The position numbers and the translations under genes are program-made. A stretch of DNA of 64,000 nucleotides from NCBI GenBank assembly GCA_963816145.1, contig CAWFJP010000003.1, forward strand, positions 384,001-448,000. The letters run 5' to 3'. The DNA comes from an uncultured delta proteobacterium. GTDB taxonomy: Bacteria; Desulfobacterota; Binatia; UBA9968. The notes under the pieces are model-generated. The model searched no databases. It was not told the DNA's origin and saw only the letters and a list, made by a program, of their open reading frames with translations. Within the stretch, counting starts at the first letter, position 1. Each line of letters begins with the position of its first letter. Shown one piece after another: positions 29,700 through 39,270 of this stretch.

Positions 29700-30851
29700 A
29701 TGTCCTCGATAACAACAGAACGCTCCCGTTTCGATCAGGTAGGGAGCCTCCTTCGTCCGCAAGCACTCAAAGACGCTTACGCCAGCGATGGAAAGGGCGA
29801 ACTCGGCGACAGCGAATTGGCGCATGTCCAAGATGAATCGGTCAAAGAACTCGTCGCCAAACAAGAAGCTCACGGCGTATCGATTCTCACCGACGGCGAG
29901 TATCGCCGGTTGAACTTTCAAGACAGCTTCGTCGAATCGGTCGCCGGATTCGTTCCCAAGAAACAAACCATGCAGTTTCAAGAAAGCCGCACGGTCGGCG
30001 GCGAAGCATTGCAGCGCTGGGTGCCGGACTCGGGCAAGACCGATCCGGCGTTGCAATATTGGCGACCGATATCTGAGCGACTGCGGCTTGCCCACAATGT
30101 GCCGCTGAATGAATGGCGCTTTGCCTCGGCGTTGACCAAGAAACCGGTCAAGGTGACGCTGATCGCTACGGACCGTATCTGTGAAAACTTTCAACGGCAG
30201 AACGTCGCCGGGGTCTATTCCAGCGCCAACGAGTATCGCGCCGACGTGATCGCCATCGAGCGCGAGATCGTCAAACAACTCGCCATCGCCGGTTGTCCGT
30301 ACGTCCAGCACGACGCGCCGAGCTACACCGCCTACGTCGACGCCAAGTCACTGGAGCGCATGCGCGGCTTGAGGATCGATCCAATGCTGCAGATGACCCA
30401 ATCGATCGACGCGGACAATGACGTCATCGACGGAATTCCCGGCGTCACTTTCGGCATCCATCTTTGCCGCGGCAACGTGCGCAGCATGTGGCACCGCGAG
30501 GGCGCCTACGACGCGATCGCCGAGAAGCTGTTCAACAGCCTGCACCACGATCGCTTTCTTTTGGAATATGACACCGAGCGCGCCGGCACCTTCGAACCGC
30601 TGCGATTCGTCCCGAAGGATAAGATCGTCGTACTGGGTTTAGTCAGCAGCAAGGTTCCGGAGTTGGAATCGGCCGACGCGTTGAAGCGGCGCATTGACGA
30701 GGCCAGCCGCTACATCCCGCTGGAGCAGCTCGCCCTCAGCCCGCAGTGCGGTTTTTCGTCGAACATCGTCGGCAACTTGATCACCGAAGACGACCAGTGG
30801 CGCAAGCTGGAGTTGATTCAACAAGTCGCGGCGGACGTTTGGGGAAACTAG
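29700..30851 (+). CDS. Cobalamin-independent methionine synthase II family (MetE C-terminal core)
   Basis: VGSLLRP, TDGEYRR, HLCRGN, LLEYD, LSPQCGF. Confidence 0.9.
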   Translation: MSSITTERSRFDQVGSLLRPQALKDAYASDGKGELGDSELAHVQDESVKELVAKQEAHGVSILTDGEYRRLNFQDSFVESVAGFVPKKQTMQFQESRTVGGEALQRWVPDSGKTDPALQYWRPISERLRLAHNVPLNEWRFASALTKKPVKVTLIATDRICENFQRQNVAGVYSSANEYRADVIAIEREIVKQLAIAGCPYVQHDAPSYTAYVDAKSLERMRGLRIDPMLQMTQSIDADNDVIDGIPGVTFGIHLCRGNVRSMWHREGAYDAIAEKLFNSLHHDRFLLEYDTERAGTFEPLRFVPKDKIVVLGLVSSKVPELESADALKRRIDEASRYIPLEQLALSPQCGFSSNIVGNLITEDDQWRKLELIQQVAADVWGN

Positions 30852-30863
30852 AAGATTAGGATT

Positions 30864-31005
30864 TCTCCCGCAAAGGCGCTAAGGCGCAAAGGCCGGTGAA
30901 GAATGTCATTTCGACCAAGGGGAAAAATCTGCCTTAGATCCCTCGCATTCGCCCGGGATGACGGGCTTTGCCCGTCACTTAGCGTCTTTGCGCCTTTGCG
31001 GGAGA
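30864..31005. repeat. CGCAAAG-arm inverted element enclosing a GTCATTTCG...GATGAC REP-like element
   Basis: 28-bp arms (25/28 inverted match); inner element at 30904..30962. Confidence 0.85.
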
Positions 31006-31041
31006 ATATCTTGTCCGAGTATTCCGAAATACCTAATCAAA

Positions 31042-31070
31042 TTGACACCCGCCGGCCCCTTTGTTATTCG
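31042..31070 (+). promoter_or_regulatory. Sigma70 promoter
   Basis: TTGACA-17 nt-TATTCG with extended -10 TG, upstream of the amidohydrolase. Confidence 0.5.
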
Positions 31071-31103
31071 ATGGACTACGCCTGAATTTTCTAGGAGCAA
31101 ATC

Positions 31104-32225
31104 ATGAAGAACGGTTTCAAAGCGATGGATTCGGATATGCATGTCATGGAGCCCTGCGATCTGTGGCAGAAGTATATCGACAAAAAATATCTCGACCGCG
31201 CGCCCATCGGTTTGAACCGCCACAAACGCGACCTGGGTGTGGAGGTTGACGGCAAGGTGATGCCGCGGCCGACACCGAAGCCGAATCCCGAGCTGCGCCC
31301 GCTGCGTGAGAAAATCTTGAACGAACGCTACCAGGAAGAAGAAGCGCGCGACTTCGACAACGTGGCGCAAGTGCGCGCCATGGACAAAGAAGGGCTCGAC
31401 GTCGCGATCCTGTACCCGAGCCGCGGATTGTTCGTTCTCGCCGTCGACGGCCTCGATCCCGATCTCGCCGCCGCCATCGCCAAAGCCTACAACGACTGGA
31501 TGCACGACTTCTGCAAGGTCGCTCCTGAGCGCATGTTCGGCGCCGGCATCGTCGCGCCGCACAACATCTCGGCGGCGGTCGAGGAAACCCGCCGCTGCGC
31601 CAAGGAACTGGGCTTTAAAAGCGTCCTGATGCGCCCCAATCATGTCAACGGCAAGATGTGGAGCGATCCCTACTACGATCCGCTCTGGGAGGAGTGTCAG
31701 AAGTTGAATATCCCCATCGGCTTCCACGAAGCCGGACGGGTTTACTTGCCGCAGCCGGCGCTGTCGGAATTCATCCCGAGCTTCACCATGTTCAACACTT
31801 TGTCGTTTCCCATGGCCAACATGTTCGCCTGCACCGACATGATCTACGGCGGCGTGATGGAGCGCTTCCCGAAACTTAAAGTCGCGTACCTCGAAGGCAA
31901 CTGCTCCTGGCTGCCCTGGTTGCTCTGGCGCATGGAGGAATATGGCGAGCTCACAGGTGTAGCCGAGCATCCGCAAATGAAACTGACGCCGCTGGAATAT
32001 TTCCAGCGCCAATGCTGGGGCGCTGTGGAATGCGACGAGCATGTCGCCAAGTTCATCCCCGAGTTCGGCCTCGAAGACAACATCGTCTTCTCCACCGACT
32101 ACCCGCACCTCGACGTGAAATACCCCCACGCCGTGGAGAGTCTCCTGAAACAGCCCTTCACCGAACAGATGAAAAGAAAACTACTGTGGGATAATTGCGC
32201 GAGACTTTACGGGTTTGGGTATTAA
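31104..32225 (+). CDS. Amidohydrolase family protein
   Basis: DSDMH, MDKEGLDVAILYPS, PIGFH, YLE, FSTDYPH. Confidence 0.93.
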   Translation: MKNGFKAMDSDMHVMEPCDLWQKYIDKKYLDRAPIGLNRHKRDLGVEVDGKVMPRPTPKPNPELRPLREKILNERYQEEEARDFDNVAQVRAMDKEGLDVAILYPSRGLFVLAVDGLDPDLAAAIAKAYNDWMHDFCKVAPERMFGAGIVAPHNISAAVEETRRCAKELGFKSVLMRPNHVNGKMWSDPYYDPLWEECQKLNIPIGFHEAGRVYLPQPALSEFIPSFTMFNTLSFPMANMFACTDMIYGGVMERFPKLKVAYLEGNCSWLPWLLWRMEEYGELTGVAEHPQMKLTPLEYFQRQCWGAVECDEHVAKFIPEFGLEDNIVFSTDYPHLDVKYPHAVESLLKQPFTEQMKRKLLWDNCARLYGFGY

Positions 32226-32235
32226 GCCAAACCTT

Positions 32236-32291
32236 GTTCAAGGTTCAAGGGTTCAAAAGTTCAAGGTCGGAATCCGATTGAACCCTTGAAC
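32236..32291. repeat. GTTCAA/TTGAAC inverted element with TCGGAATCCGA core
   Basis: 4 x gttcaa units, TCGGAATCCGA (32267..32277), 2 x ttgaac; lies between convergent genes. Confidence 0.85.
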
Positions 32292-32295
32292 GGGA

Positions 32296-33177
32296 TTACT
32301 TGCCTTTAGCTGCATTTATGTATTGCACGTCATAATACGCCGGCAGCTTATCCCCTTTTGGCAATTTGAAACCGAACTGATTGCGGAGATCGAGCACGAC
32401 TTGCAGGCCCGGCAAATTCAAGTTGCCGGTGGTCGACAGTTCGTCGACGCTTTCCGCGGCTTGTTTGGGATTGAGCTTCAATTCAGCGCCGATCAGTTTG
32501 ATCGCCGCCTCGCGGTTGGCCGGGTCTTTGACCCAGGCTCCCGCTTTCAACCATGCGCGCAGGAAACCAAGCACCGTGTCGCGATTTTTCTGCCCCCACT
32601 CGCGGGTCACGGCGAAGACGGTATTGGGATAATCGGGCAAGACATCTCTCGAATCGCCGATACGCCGCATGCCGGCGTCGAGCGCTTTACCATCGAAGGG
32701 CGGATTGAGCACTCCGGCAAAAGTTTCCCCCTTGATCATCGAATCGAGCCGCGCCCCGGTGGTGCCGAGGGCAACGAGCTCGTAATCGCCTTGGGCCATG
32801 TCCAAACCGTTGGCGAGCAATACCCGGCGCAGCACCAAGGCGAACGCGGTGTCGACCGCGTCGGCGGCCAGTTTCTTGCCTTTAAGATCGCTCCAGGTTT
32901 TGATTTCCGGCCGCACGAACACCGGCAAGACGGTCTTATCGGATATCTGCGCGTTGGCAACGATCTCCGCGCCGGCGCGCCCCGACCAGGCGAGCACGTT
33001 GTCGAACGCGGTCGAAACCATGTCGTATTTGCCCTGGCTCAAGCCGCGCATTTGATCGGTGGAGTTAAGCGTAACCGTCACCTCGACATCGAGACCCTCC
33101 GGGCTGAAATCACCGTGGGCACGCGCCGCGGCCGTGGCCGCGTCGGTGCGGAACACATTGAGACGTAATTTACGCAT
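32296..33177 (-). CDS. NMT1/THI5-family SBP-fold protein without signal peptide
   Basis: EGLDVEV, DLKGKKLAADAVDTAF; no hydrophobic N-terminus, and an in-frame stop lies 22 codons upstream. Confidence 0.85.
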   Translation of the reverse strand: MRKLRLNVFRTDAATAAARAHGDFSPEGLDVEVTVTLNSTDQMRGLSQGKYDMVSTAFDNVLAWSGRAGAEIVANAQISDKTVLPVFVRPEIKTWSDLKGKKLAADAVDTAFALVLRRVLLANGLDMAQGDYELVALGTTGARLDSMIKGETFAGVLNPPFDGKALDAGMRRIGDSRDVLPDYPNTVFAVTREWGQKNRDTVLGFLRAWLKAGAWVKDPANREAAIKLIGAELKLNPKQAAESVDELSTTGNLNLPGLQVVLDLRNQFGFKLPKGDKLPAYYDVQYINAAKGK

Positions 33178-33243
33178 AACTTTTTGCTCTGCCTTCGAGT
33201 CTGTCAGGACCTCGACTCCACAGGCTTCTGAAACAAGGGGTTA

Positions 33244-34221
33244 TTATTTACTGGGCAGTTTTTTGAAAAACCCGTCCCGCTCCAATTCTGCGACAAAGCG
33301 CATATCGGCCACGTCCTCATATTTGAGCTGGCGAATCTTCGCGTCCTTCTCGCCGAGGCTTGCAATCAAGGTCTGGATGCCGGTCCTGCTGACATAGGGA
33401 ACAGCGTCGAACGCGTCGCGAAACTGCATGTAGGTGTCTTCCAAAATATCACTGTCTTTCAGCCGCGTGTACTTCTGGAGCGCGCGAATGCCGATTTGCC
33501 GATTGTTTTTGAATATAGCCAAGCCCTCGGCCAGGGCGCGCACCATGCGCCGGGTATTTTCCGGATTGGCTTTGACATAGGCCTTGGTGCTGGCGATGAC
33601 GGTGGAAGGATATTCCGGCCCGTCGGTGCCGAGATTGAGCAACTCGAACAGCCCGGCCTTTTTTGCCCGGCTGTTGGTCGGCGGCGACAGCGCGCCGGCG
33701 TCGATCTGGCCCGCCAGCAAAGTCGTCAGGATGTTCGGCACTTCGCCCAACTGCAGCAAAGAATAGTCGTTGGCGGCCAAACCCGCTTTGTTGACGGCGA
33801 ACTGAACCGCGGTGTGGGTCGAAGAACCGATGCGCGTGATACCGATCTTCTTCCCTTTTAGATCCGCCAACCGTTTGATCTCCGGCCGCGCCATGATCGA
33901 AAATACAAAGCGATTGACGCCCTCGCAGAACATCACCACATCCGCGCCCGCGCCCACCGCCTGAATGCTGTTCAGCGCATCCGCGGTCGTGTAGTGAATC
34001 TCGCCGGAGAGCATCGACTGGATCGCCCTGGAAGTCGACGCGATATGGATCAGCTCGACATCGAGACCATGCTTCTTGAACAACCCCTCTTCCTGGGCCA
34101 CCCAGATAGCGCTCATGACGCCGCTGATCGCGCCCCAGTTAAGACGCACCTTCTGCTGCGCGCTGGTGGGAGATGCCACAGCCAGAAAGAAAAGAGCAAA
34201 TATGCCGATGCGAAGTCTCAT
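33244..34221 (-). CDS. ABC substrate-binding protein (NMT1/THI5 family)
   Basis: Signal peptide TSAQQ; GLFKKHGLDVE; DLKGKKIGITRIGSST. Confidence 0.9.
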   Translation of the reverse strand: MRLRIGIFALFFLAVASPTSAQQKVRLNWGAISGVMSAIWVAQEEGLFKKHGLDVELIHIASTSRAIQSMLSGEIHYTTADALNSIQAVGAGADVVMFCEGVNRFVFSIMARPEIKRLADLKGKKIGITRIGSSTHTAVQFAVNKAGLAANDYSLLQLGEVPNILTTLLAGQIDAGALSPPTNSRAKKAGLFELLNLGTDGPEYPSTVIASTKAYVKANPENTRRMVRALAEGLAIFKNNRQIGIRALQKYTRLKDSDILEDTYMQFRDAFDAVPYVSRTGIQTLIASLGEKDAKIRQLKYEDVADMRFVAELERDGFFKKLPSK

Positions 34222-34234
34222 TCTGCTAGACGAA

Positions 34235-34258
34235 AGGGCGACCGCCGGTCGCCCCTAC
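34235..34258 (-). repeat. GTAG-type REP
   Basis: GTAGGGGCGACCGGCGGTCGCCCT: GTAG tetranucleotide plus palindrome; a ttgaac tandem tract lies beside it at 34281..34309. Confidence 0.8.
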
Positions 34259-34317
34259 CACAAGGAAATTGTCCGACCCCTTGAACTTTTGAACCCGTGA
34301 ACCTTGAACTGCGGCGG

Positions 34318-35388
34318 CTACGCCGCCGCTACCCACGCCGTCAGCACCGACGGCGTATCCTTCAGCACCGGCTCCCAGGAATCGCCGCGGTCGTGCGTCA
34401 CATAGAAGCCGCCTTTGCCGGTTATACGCGCATCGAAACCGTAGCCGCGAGCGCCGTCGCCCATGCCGCAGAACAGCGCGTTCTTATCGCTCGGGTGATG
34501 CAGGAGTACCCAGGGCATCCAGGGGTTTTCCTTTTCTAAACCTTTGGTCGAGATACGCCAGCTTTCGCCGGCGTCGTCACTAAGGAGAATATGACCCAGC
34601 GGCGAGTGGCGGTCGCGCCGCCATACGCCGGGCGAACCTTTGCCGCCGGACAGGACCATCCGTCCGCCGGGCATGAAATGCCACTCGTGGGAATAACTAT
34701 CTACTTCCGTATAAGCCCAGGGCATGCCGGTCTCGGCGCGCCGCCAGTGTTCGCCGCCGTTATCGGTGCGGAAAAACCCGCGCGCTGACGAGACATAGTA
34801 GCGATCTTTGCTGCCGGGAAAGTTTTCGATGTAGTGCATGTCGACATAGTCGATGCCGACACTGCGGTCATACCAAGTCCTGCCGCGGTCGCGGCTCAAT
34901 AGTACCCCGCCATGTTCGAGCAATACATAAATGAGATTCTGATCGTCGGGGTGAATAAAAATATGGCGCACATGAGGAAACTCGATCCCCTTTAGCTGCG
35001 CCGGCACGCCCCATTTATTCGTGACCTCGGGCCCGAAGTCGAGCATGCTGTCGAGGGGCTCGAATTTCTTGCCGCCGTCTTCGCTGCGGAATAGTCGAAT
35101 CGGCCCAAGACCCATGTAAACCACCCGTTCGTCGTGCGGATCGATAGTGAACGTGCGCACGTCGCCGTCCATAATCTTGGCCCAGCTCTTGCCGGCATCC
35201 TCCGACCGATAGCCGCCATCGAAAGCAACCGCGGCAAAGACAATCTCCGGCTTCTTGATGCCGCCGATCAAATGCTCCAAAGTCACGCCGGGAAAATGCT
35301 CGCCGACGGTGTTCATGGAGCCTGAGCAATTCTCCATCACTTTGAGCCCGCCATTATGGGCGATGTAGTAGCGCAATGATTCAGCCAT
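34318..35388 (-). CDS. BNR/Asp-box beta-propeller protein
   Basis: Repeated SxDxGxxW Asp-boxes (SEDAGKSW, SRDRGRTW, TDNGGEHW, SDDAGESW, THDRGDSW); no signal peptide. Confidence 0.85.
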   Translation of the reverse strand: MAESLRYYIAHNGGLKVMENCSGSMNTVGEHFPGVTLEHLIGGIKKPEIVFAAVAFDGGYRSEDAGKSWAKIMDGDVRTFTIDPHDERVVYMGLGPIRLFRSEDGGKKFEPLDSMLDFGPEVTNKWGVPAQLKGIEFPHVRHIFIHPDDQNLIYVLLEHGGVLLSRDRGRTWYDRSVGIDYVDMHYIENFPGSKDRYYVSSARGFFRTDNGGEHWRRAETGMPWAYTEVDSYSHEWHFMPGGRMVLSGGKGSPGVWRRDRHSPLGHILLSDDAGESWRISTKGLEKENPWMPWVLLHHPSDKNALFCGMGDGARGYGFDARITGKGGFYVTHDRGDSWEPVLKDTPSVLTAWVAAA

Positions 35389-35619
35389 GGTAACCTCCTA
35401 AATTACGAACTACTAAAAGAGAATATGCCGTCCCACAATATCGACAATGAATGCACGACAGTCCGATCAAATTCCTTTCACTCAACGGGAAAGATTAAGT
35501 AAGGGGTGATCTTAGATTCCTCCAGCACACCCATCTCAATTTTCCCCCGTGCAGGGGGAAGATGTCGGATAAGGGCATTGGCCGATTCTTCTTTCGCCTT
35601 ACCCCTTACCCTTCACGCC

Positions 35620-37842
35620 TTACCTTTTCGCCCGCAGCGCCCGATACACTTTTTCCGACGTCACCGGCAGATCGGTGATGCGCACGCCGCAAGCATCGGC
35701 CACCGCGTTGGCCACCGCCGCCGCCGTCGGCGTGTTGGCCACTTCGCCGATGGCCAAGCTGTTATACGGCCCCGGCCCGGCCGGCACGCTTTCAGACACA
35801 TGGGTTTTCAGCGGCGGAATGTCGGTGATGTTGGGTATTTTGAATTCGCCGAAGTTGCTCGTGGTGATCTTGCCGCCGTCGTCGAACTGCACTTCTTCGG
35901 TCAGCGCATAACCAAGACCGAACACCACGCCGCCTTCCACTTGTCCCTGGTGCATCAAGGGATTGATCACCCGACCGGTGGTATGGGCCGAGATCATGTT
36001 GCGCAGCGTCACCTGACCGGTCTCCGGGTCGACATGAACTTCAGCTATCTGCGCCGACACCGAGGCGTCGTGCGACTTTTCGGCGCTCTTATAATAACCG
36101 CGCACATAGATCGGTGCGCCCTTGAACTTGATCACCTCGGCGAAACTCATCTTGCGCTTGGACGGCTTGTGCCAGATCAAGCCTCTGTCCGTCGACAACT
36201 CTTTCGGATCGACCTCCAGCGCTTGGGCCGCGAACATAAACAGCTCCTCGCGCGCCTTCACGCCAGCTTCGTATGAGGCGTTGCCATAGACGCGCGTCGC
36301 CCGGCTGCCGCCGACGCCGCCGTCGCTCGGCACGATGGTACTGTCGACCTGTTTCAATTCGATCTCGTCGGCCGGCACTTGCAGCTCTTCGCCGACCACT
36401 TCGACGATCACCGTCAACACGCCGGCACCCTGATCGACCACCGGCGAGATGATTTTGACCTTGCCGTCCTCTTCTATGGTGACAAACACGTTGCCTTCAC
36501 CGCCGCTCGGGCTCCATTCGGAGAACGCCAGACCGCGGCCGACATTTTTCGGCTTGGCCTTGTTATACCCGGCCATCTGAATCGCCTTGTCCAACGCTTC
36601 GTCACCACGGATGTGCGAGATATGGCCGCCGATGGGCGTCTCATCGCCGTCGCGAAGCATGTTCTTGCGCTTGAACTCGCTGGGGTCCATGCCGAGCTTG
36701 CGCGCAACGATGTCCAACTGGCTCTCGTTGGCGAAAAAGCCCTGGGGATCGCCCGGCGCGCGCATGTGGCCGCAGGGGATCTTGTTGGTGTAGACGATGC
36801 GTTCTTCTATCAAGCAGTTGGCGATGCGATAAGGACCGGCGCAGGTCGACGCCCCGATCAAATAACCGGCCGGCTTCATCGACGCGTAAGCGCCGCTATC
36901 GAAGAGAAAATCGATATGATGCGCAACGATGGTGCCGTCTTTTTTGACGCCCGTCTTCACTTTAATGATCGCCGCATGGCGCGGATTGCCGGCGGTCAAC
37001 TCCTCGGTGTAATCCATCACCATCTTAACCGGCGTGCCGGCCTTCTTCGACAGGAAATACGCCACCGCCACGTCCATGAAGCCGCCCTTGCCGCCAAAGT
37101 CGCCGCCGATATGCATCGGATGGAAAACAATTTTTTCTTTGGCGATTCCGATACAGTTTGCCAGCTGGCCGCGCACGGCGAACGGCGTCTTGCTGCACGA
37201 CCAGATATCGGCGCTGCCGTCGGCGCGCGTGTGCGCGACGCAGGCGTGGGGCTCTAAATAAGATTGATGCGTAACCTGCGTGGTGAAAGTATTTTCGACG
37301 ATCAGATCGGCCTGCTTGAAACCGGCTTCAATGTCGCCCTTACCCCACTTGAGCGTGGCGAAACAGTTGCCGGCCTTATCCACCGGCACAGGTAATCCTT
37401 TGTAAGAGAGCAAGTCCGGATGCAGCAACGTCGAACCGTCTTTGACCGCTTCGACTGGATCGAGCAGTGGCGCCATCTCGTCATACTCCACTTCGATCAA
37501 CTCCAGCGCCGCTTCCGCCGCCTGCTTGCTGGTTGCAGCTATGGCAGCGACTTTCTCACCGATGAAGCGCACGATACCGTCGGCCAGCACCGGCGTGTCA
37601 TAGATACAACGGCCGATGCGCAGCCCCGGCACGTCCAGACCGGTGAGCACGGCTTTCACGCCAGGCGCCCGCTCAGCCTTGCTGGTGTCAATGCGCTTGA
37701 TCCGCGCGTAAGCCACCGGACTTCTCAAACAACGTCCCCACAAGGTCTCCGGCAATTGCAAATCGGCGCTGTACTGCGCCTGCCCGGTCACTTTGAACAC
37801 GCCCTCCACTCTCGGCGTCGATTTACCTACAACCTGCGTCAT
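35620..37842 (-). CDS. Xanthine dehydrogenase-family molybdopterin-binding subunit
   Basis: KVTGQAQY, YLEPH, GGDFGGK, MRAPG, VDPETG, INP...GQVEGG, IGE, ANAVADACGVR. Confidence 0.94.
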   Translation of the reverse strand: MTQVVGKSTPRVEGVFKVTGQAQYSADLQLPETLWGRCLRSPVAYARIKRIDTSKAERAPGVKAVLTGLDVPGLRIGRCIYDTPVLADGIVRFIGEKVAAIAATSKQAAEAALELIEVEYDEMAPLLDPVEAVKDGSTLLHPDLLSYKGLPVPVDKAGNCFATLKWGKGDIEAGFKQADLIVENTFTTQVTHQSYLEPHACVAHTRADGSADIWSCSKTPFAVRGQLANCIGIAKEKIVFHPMHIGGDFGGKGGFMDVAVAYFLSKKAGTPVKMVMDYTEELTAGNPRHAAIIKVKTGVKKDGTIVAHHIDFLFDSGAYASMKPAGYLIGASTCAGPYRIANCLIEERIVYTNKIPCGHMRAPGDPQGFFANESQLDIVARKLGMDPSEFKRKNMLRDGDETPIGGHISHIRGDEALDKAIQMAGYNKAKPKNVGRGLAFSEWSPSGGEGNVFVTIEEDGKVKIISPVVDQGAGVLTVIVEVVGEELQVPADEIELKQVDSTIVPSDGGVGGSRATRVYGNASYEAGVKAREELFMFAAQALEVDPKELSTDRGLIWHKPSKRKMSFAEVIKFKGAPIYVRGYYKSAEKSHDASVSAQIAEVHVDPETGQVTLRNMISAHTTGRVINPLMHQGQVEGGVVFGLGYALTEEVQFDDGGKITTSNFGEFKIPNITDIPPLKTHVSESVPAGPGPYNSLAIGEVANTPTAAAVANAVADACGVRITDLPVTSEKVYRALRAKR

Positions 37843-37995
37843 TTAATTTCCTCCAAATGAAAATCTTCGCGCTTTTAGCGCGTTGGACATCCATTTCTAA
37901 ACCGGAACCCGCTAAATTGTCCAGCCCTTCGCGCCGAAAGTCCGAAAACGTTTTGAACGATTGGAACGGCTTGAACGTCTTGAACCTTCAGCAAT

Positions 37996-39117
37996 TTATC
38001 CCCACACCCGCCGCGCCACTTTCGCAACCAGTTCCAGTTTCCGGTGCATATCGTCCCACGTGATCAAATTCCCCGAAGCCGCCGATGCAAAACCACACTG
38101 CGTGCTCAGCGCGAGATTCTCCACCGCGACATACTTCTCCGCCTGCTCAATCCGCCGCAGGAGTTCATCTTCGGATTCCAGCGCCGGCTCTTTCGTGGTG
38201 ATCAAGCCCAACACCACGGTCTTATCCTTGGGCACAAACCGCAGTGGCTCGAAGCCGCCGGCACGGTCGCTATCGAACTCCATCAAATAGCGGTCCATCT
38301 TGAGCGCGCCAAAGGCCTTCTCGGCGATCGGCTCATAACTGCCCTCGGCGCCCCAGGCGCTGCGCTTGTTGCCGCGGCAGAAATGAATGCCGATGGCAAC
38401 ATCGCTATTGCGCTTTATGCCATCGATCATGGCATTATCCGCCGCGATGGCGGCATCGAGCGCCGCATCGAGATCGATGCCGCTCTGCTGCAACACGGCG
38501 CGCCGGCTTTGGTCGAAGAAGTTTGAATAGGACGGCGCGTCCAATTGGACGTAGGATGCCCCCTCGTCGATCAGTGCTTGCACTTCCTGGCGCATGATGG
38601 CCGCGACATCCTGCAACATGGCATGCACCGTCGGATAGAATTGATCCGACACTCCCGGCCGATAACGCATGATCGCATGCTGCATCGCCGCCGGCGTGCA
38701 AACTTTGAATGGTCCCGGCGCGTGCTCTTTCAAGAACGGCGCCTCGTTGGGGGTGAAACGGCCCTTCCGGGTGAGCTTGGCGCCGACGATATACTGGAGA
38801 TTGCCCTCCTTTGACTCTGCCGCAAGCTCTTTACCTCGACCGCGCCATTCGAACTTGACTACAGGTTTGCCAGGCACCAGCCCAGCGATCGCCTTGGTGA
38901 TATCGGCGGTAAAAATATCCCGGCGATACTCGCCATCGGTAAAGACATCGACACCGGTAGCCTTCTGCATCTCTAGCGCCTTTAGAATCGAGCGGTCCTC
39001 GATCTCGCGCACCTGCGGCTCATCCATGCGCCCCTCGCGCAGCGCCGCGCGCGCCTCGAGCAACTCCGCCGGCCGCAACAGACTGCCGATGTTATCGGCG
39101 CGAAATGGCTTCGCCAT
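37996..39117 (-). CDS. Cobalamin-independent methionine synthase II family
   Basis: IGSLLRP, TDGEYRR, HFCRGN, LMEFD, LSTQCGF. Confidence 0.9.
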   Translation of the reverse strand: MAKPFRADNIGSLLRPAELLEARAALREGRMDEPQVREIEDRSILKALEMQKATGVDVFTDGEYRRDIFTADITKAIAGLVPGKPVVKFEWRGRGKELAAESKEGNLQYIVGAKLTRKGRFTPNEAPFLKEHAPGPFKVCTPAAMQHAIMRYRPGVSDQFYPTVHAMLQDVAAIMRQEVQALIDEGASYVQLDAPSYSNFFDQSRRAVLQQSGIDLDAALDAAIAADNAMIDGIKRNSDVAIGIHFCRGNKRSAWGAEGSYEPIAEKAFGALKMDRYLMEFDSDRAGGFEPLRFVPKDKTVVLGLITTKEPALESEDELLRRIEQAEKYVAVENLALSTQCGFASAASGNLITWDDMHRKLELVAKVARRVWG

Positions 39118-39172
39118 GAACTTGGCCCCTTTCCCTGTCTTAAGTCTACCAGGATGGCTGTGATGACTTTTT

Positions 39173-39242
39173 CACCACGAAGGACACGAAGTTCAGATTG
39201 TTATTATCCGGAACCTTCGTGTCCTTCGTGCTCTTCGTGGTG
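39173..39242. repeat. CACGAAG/CTTCGTG inverted element, copy 2
   Basis: caccacgaaggacacgaag-23 nt-cttcgtgtccttcgtgctcttcgtggtg. Confidence 0.9.
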
Positions 39243-39270
39243 AGAACCTATTCAACTAAAACATAAATGT

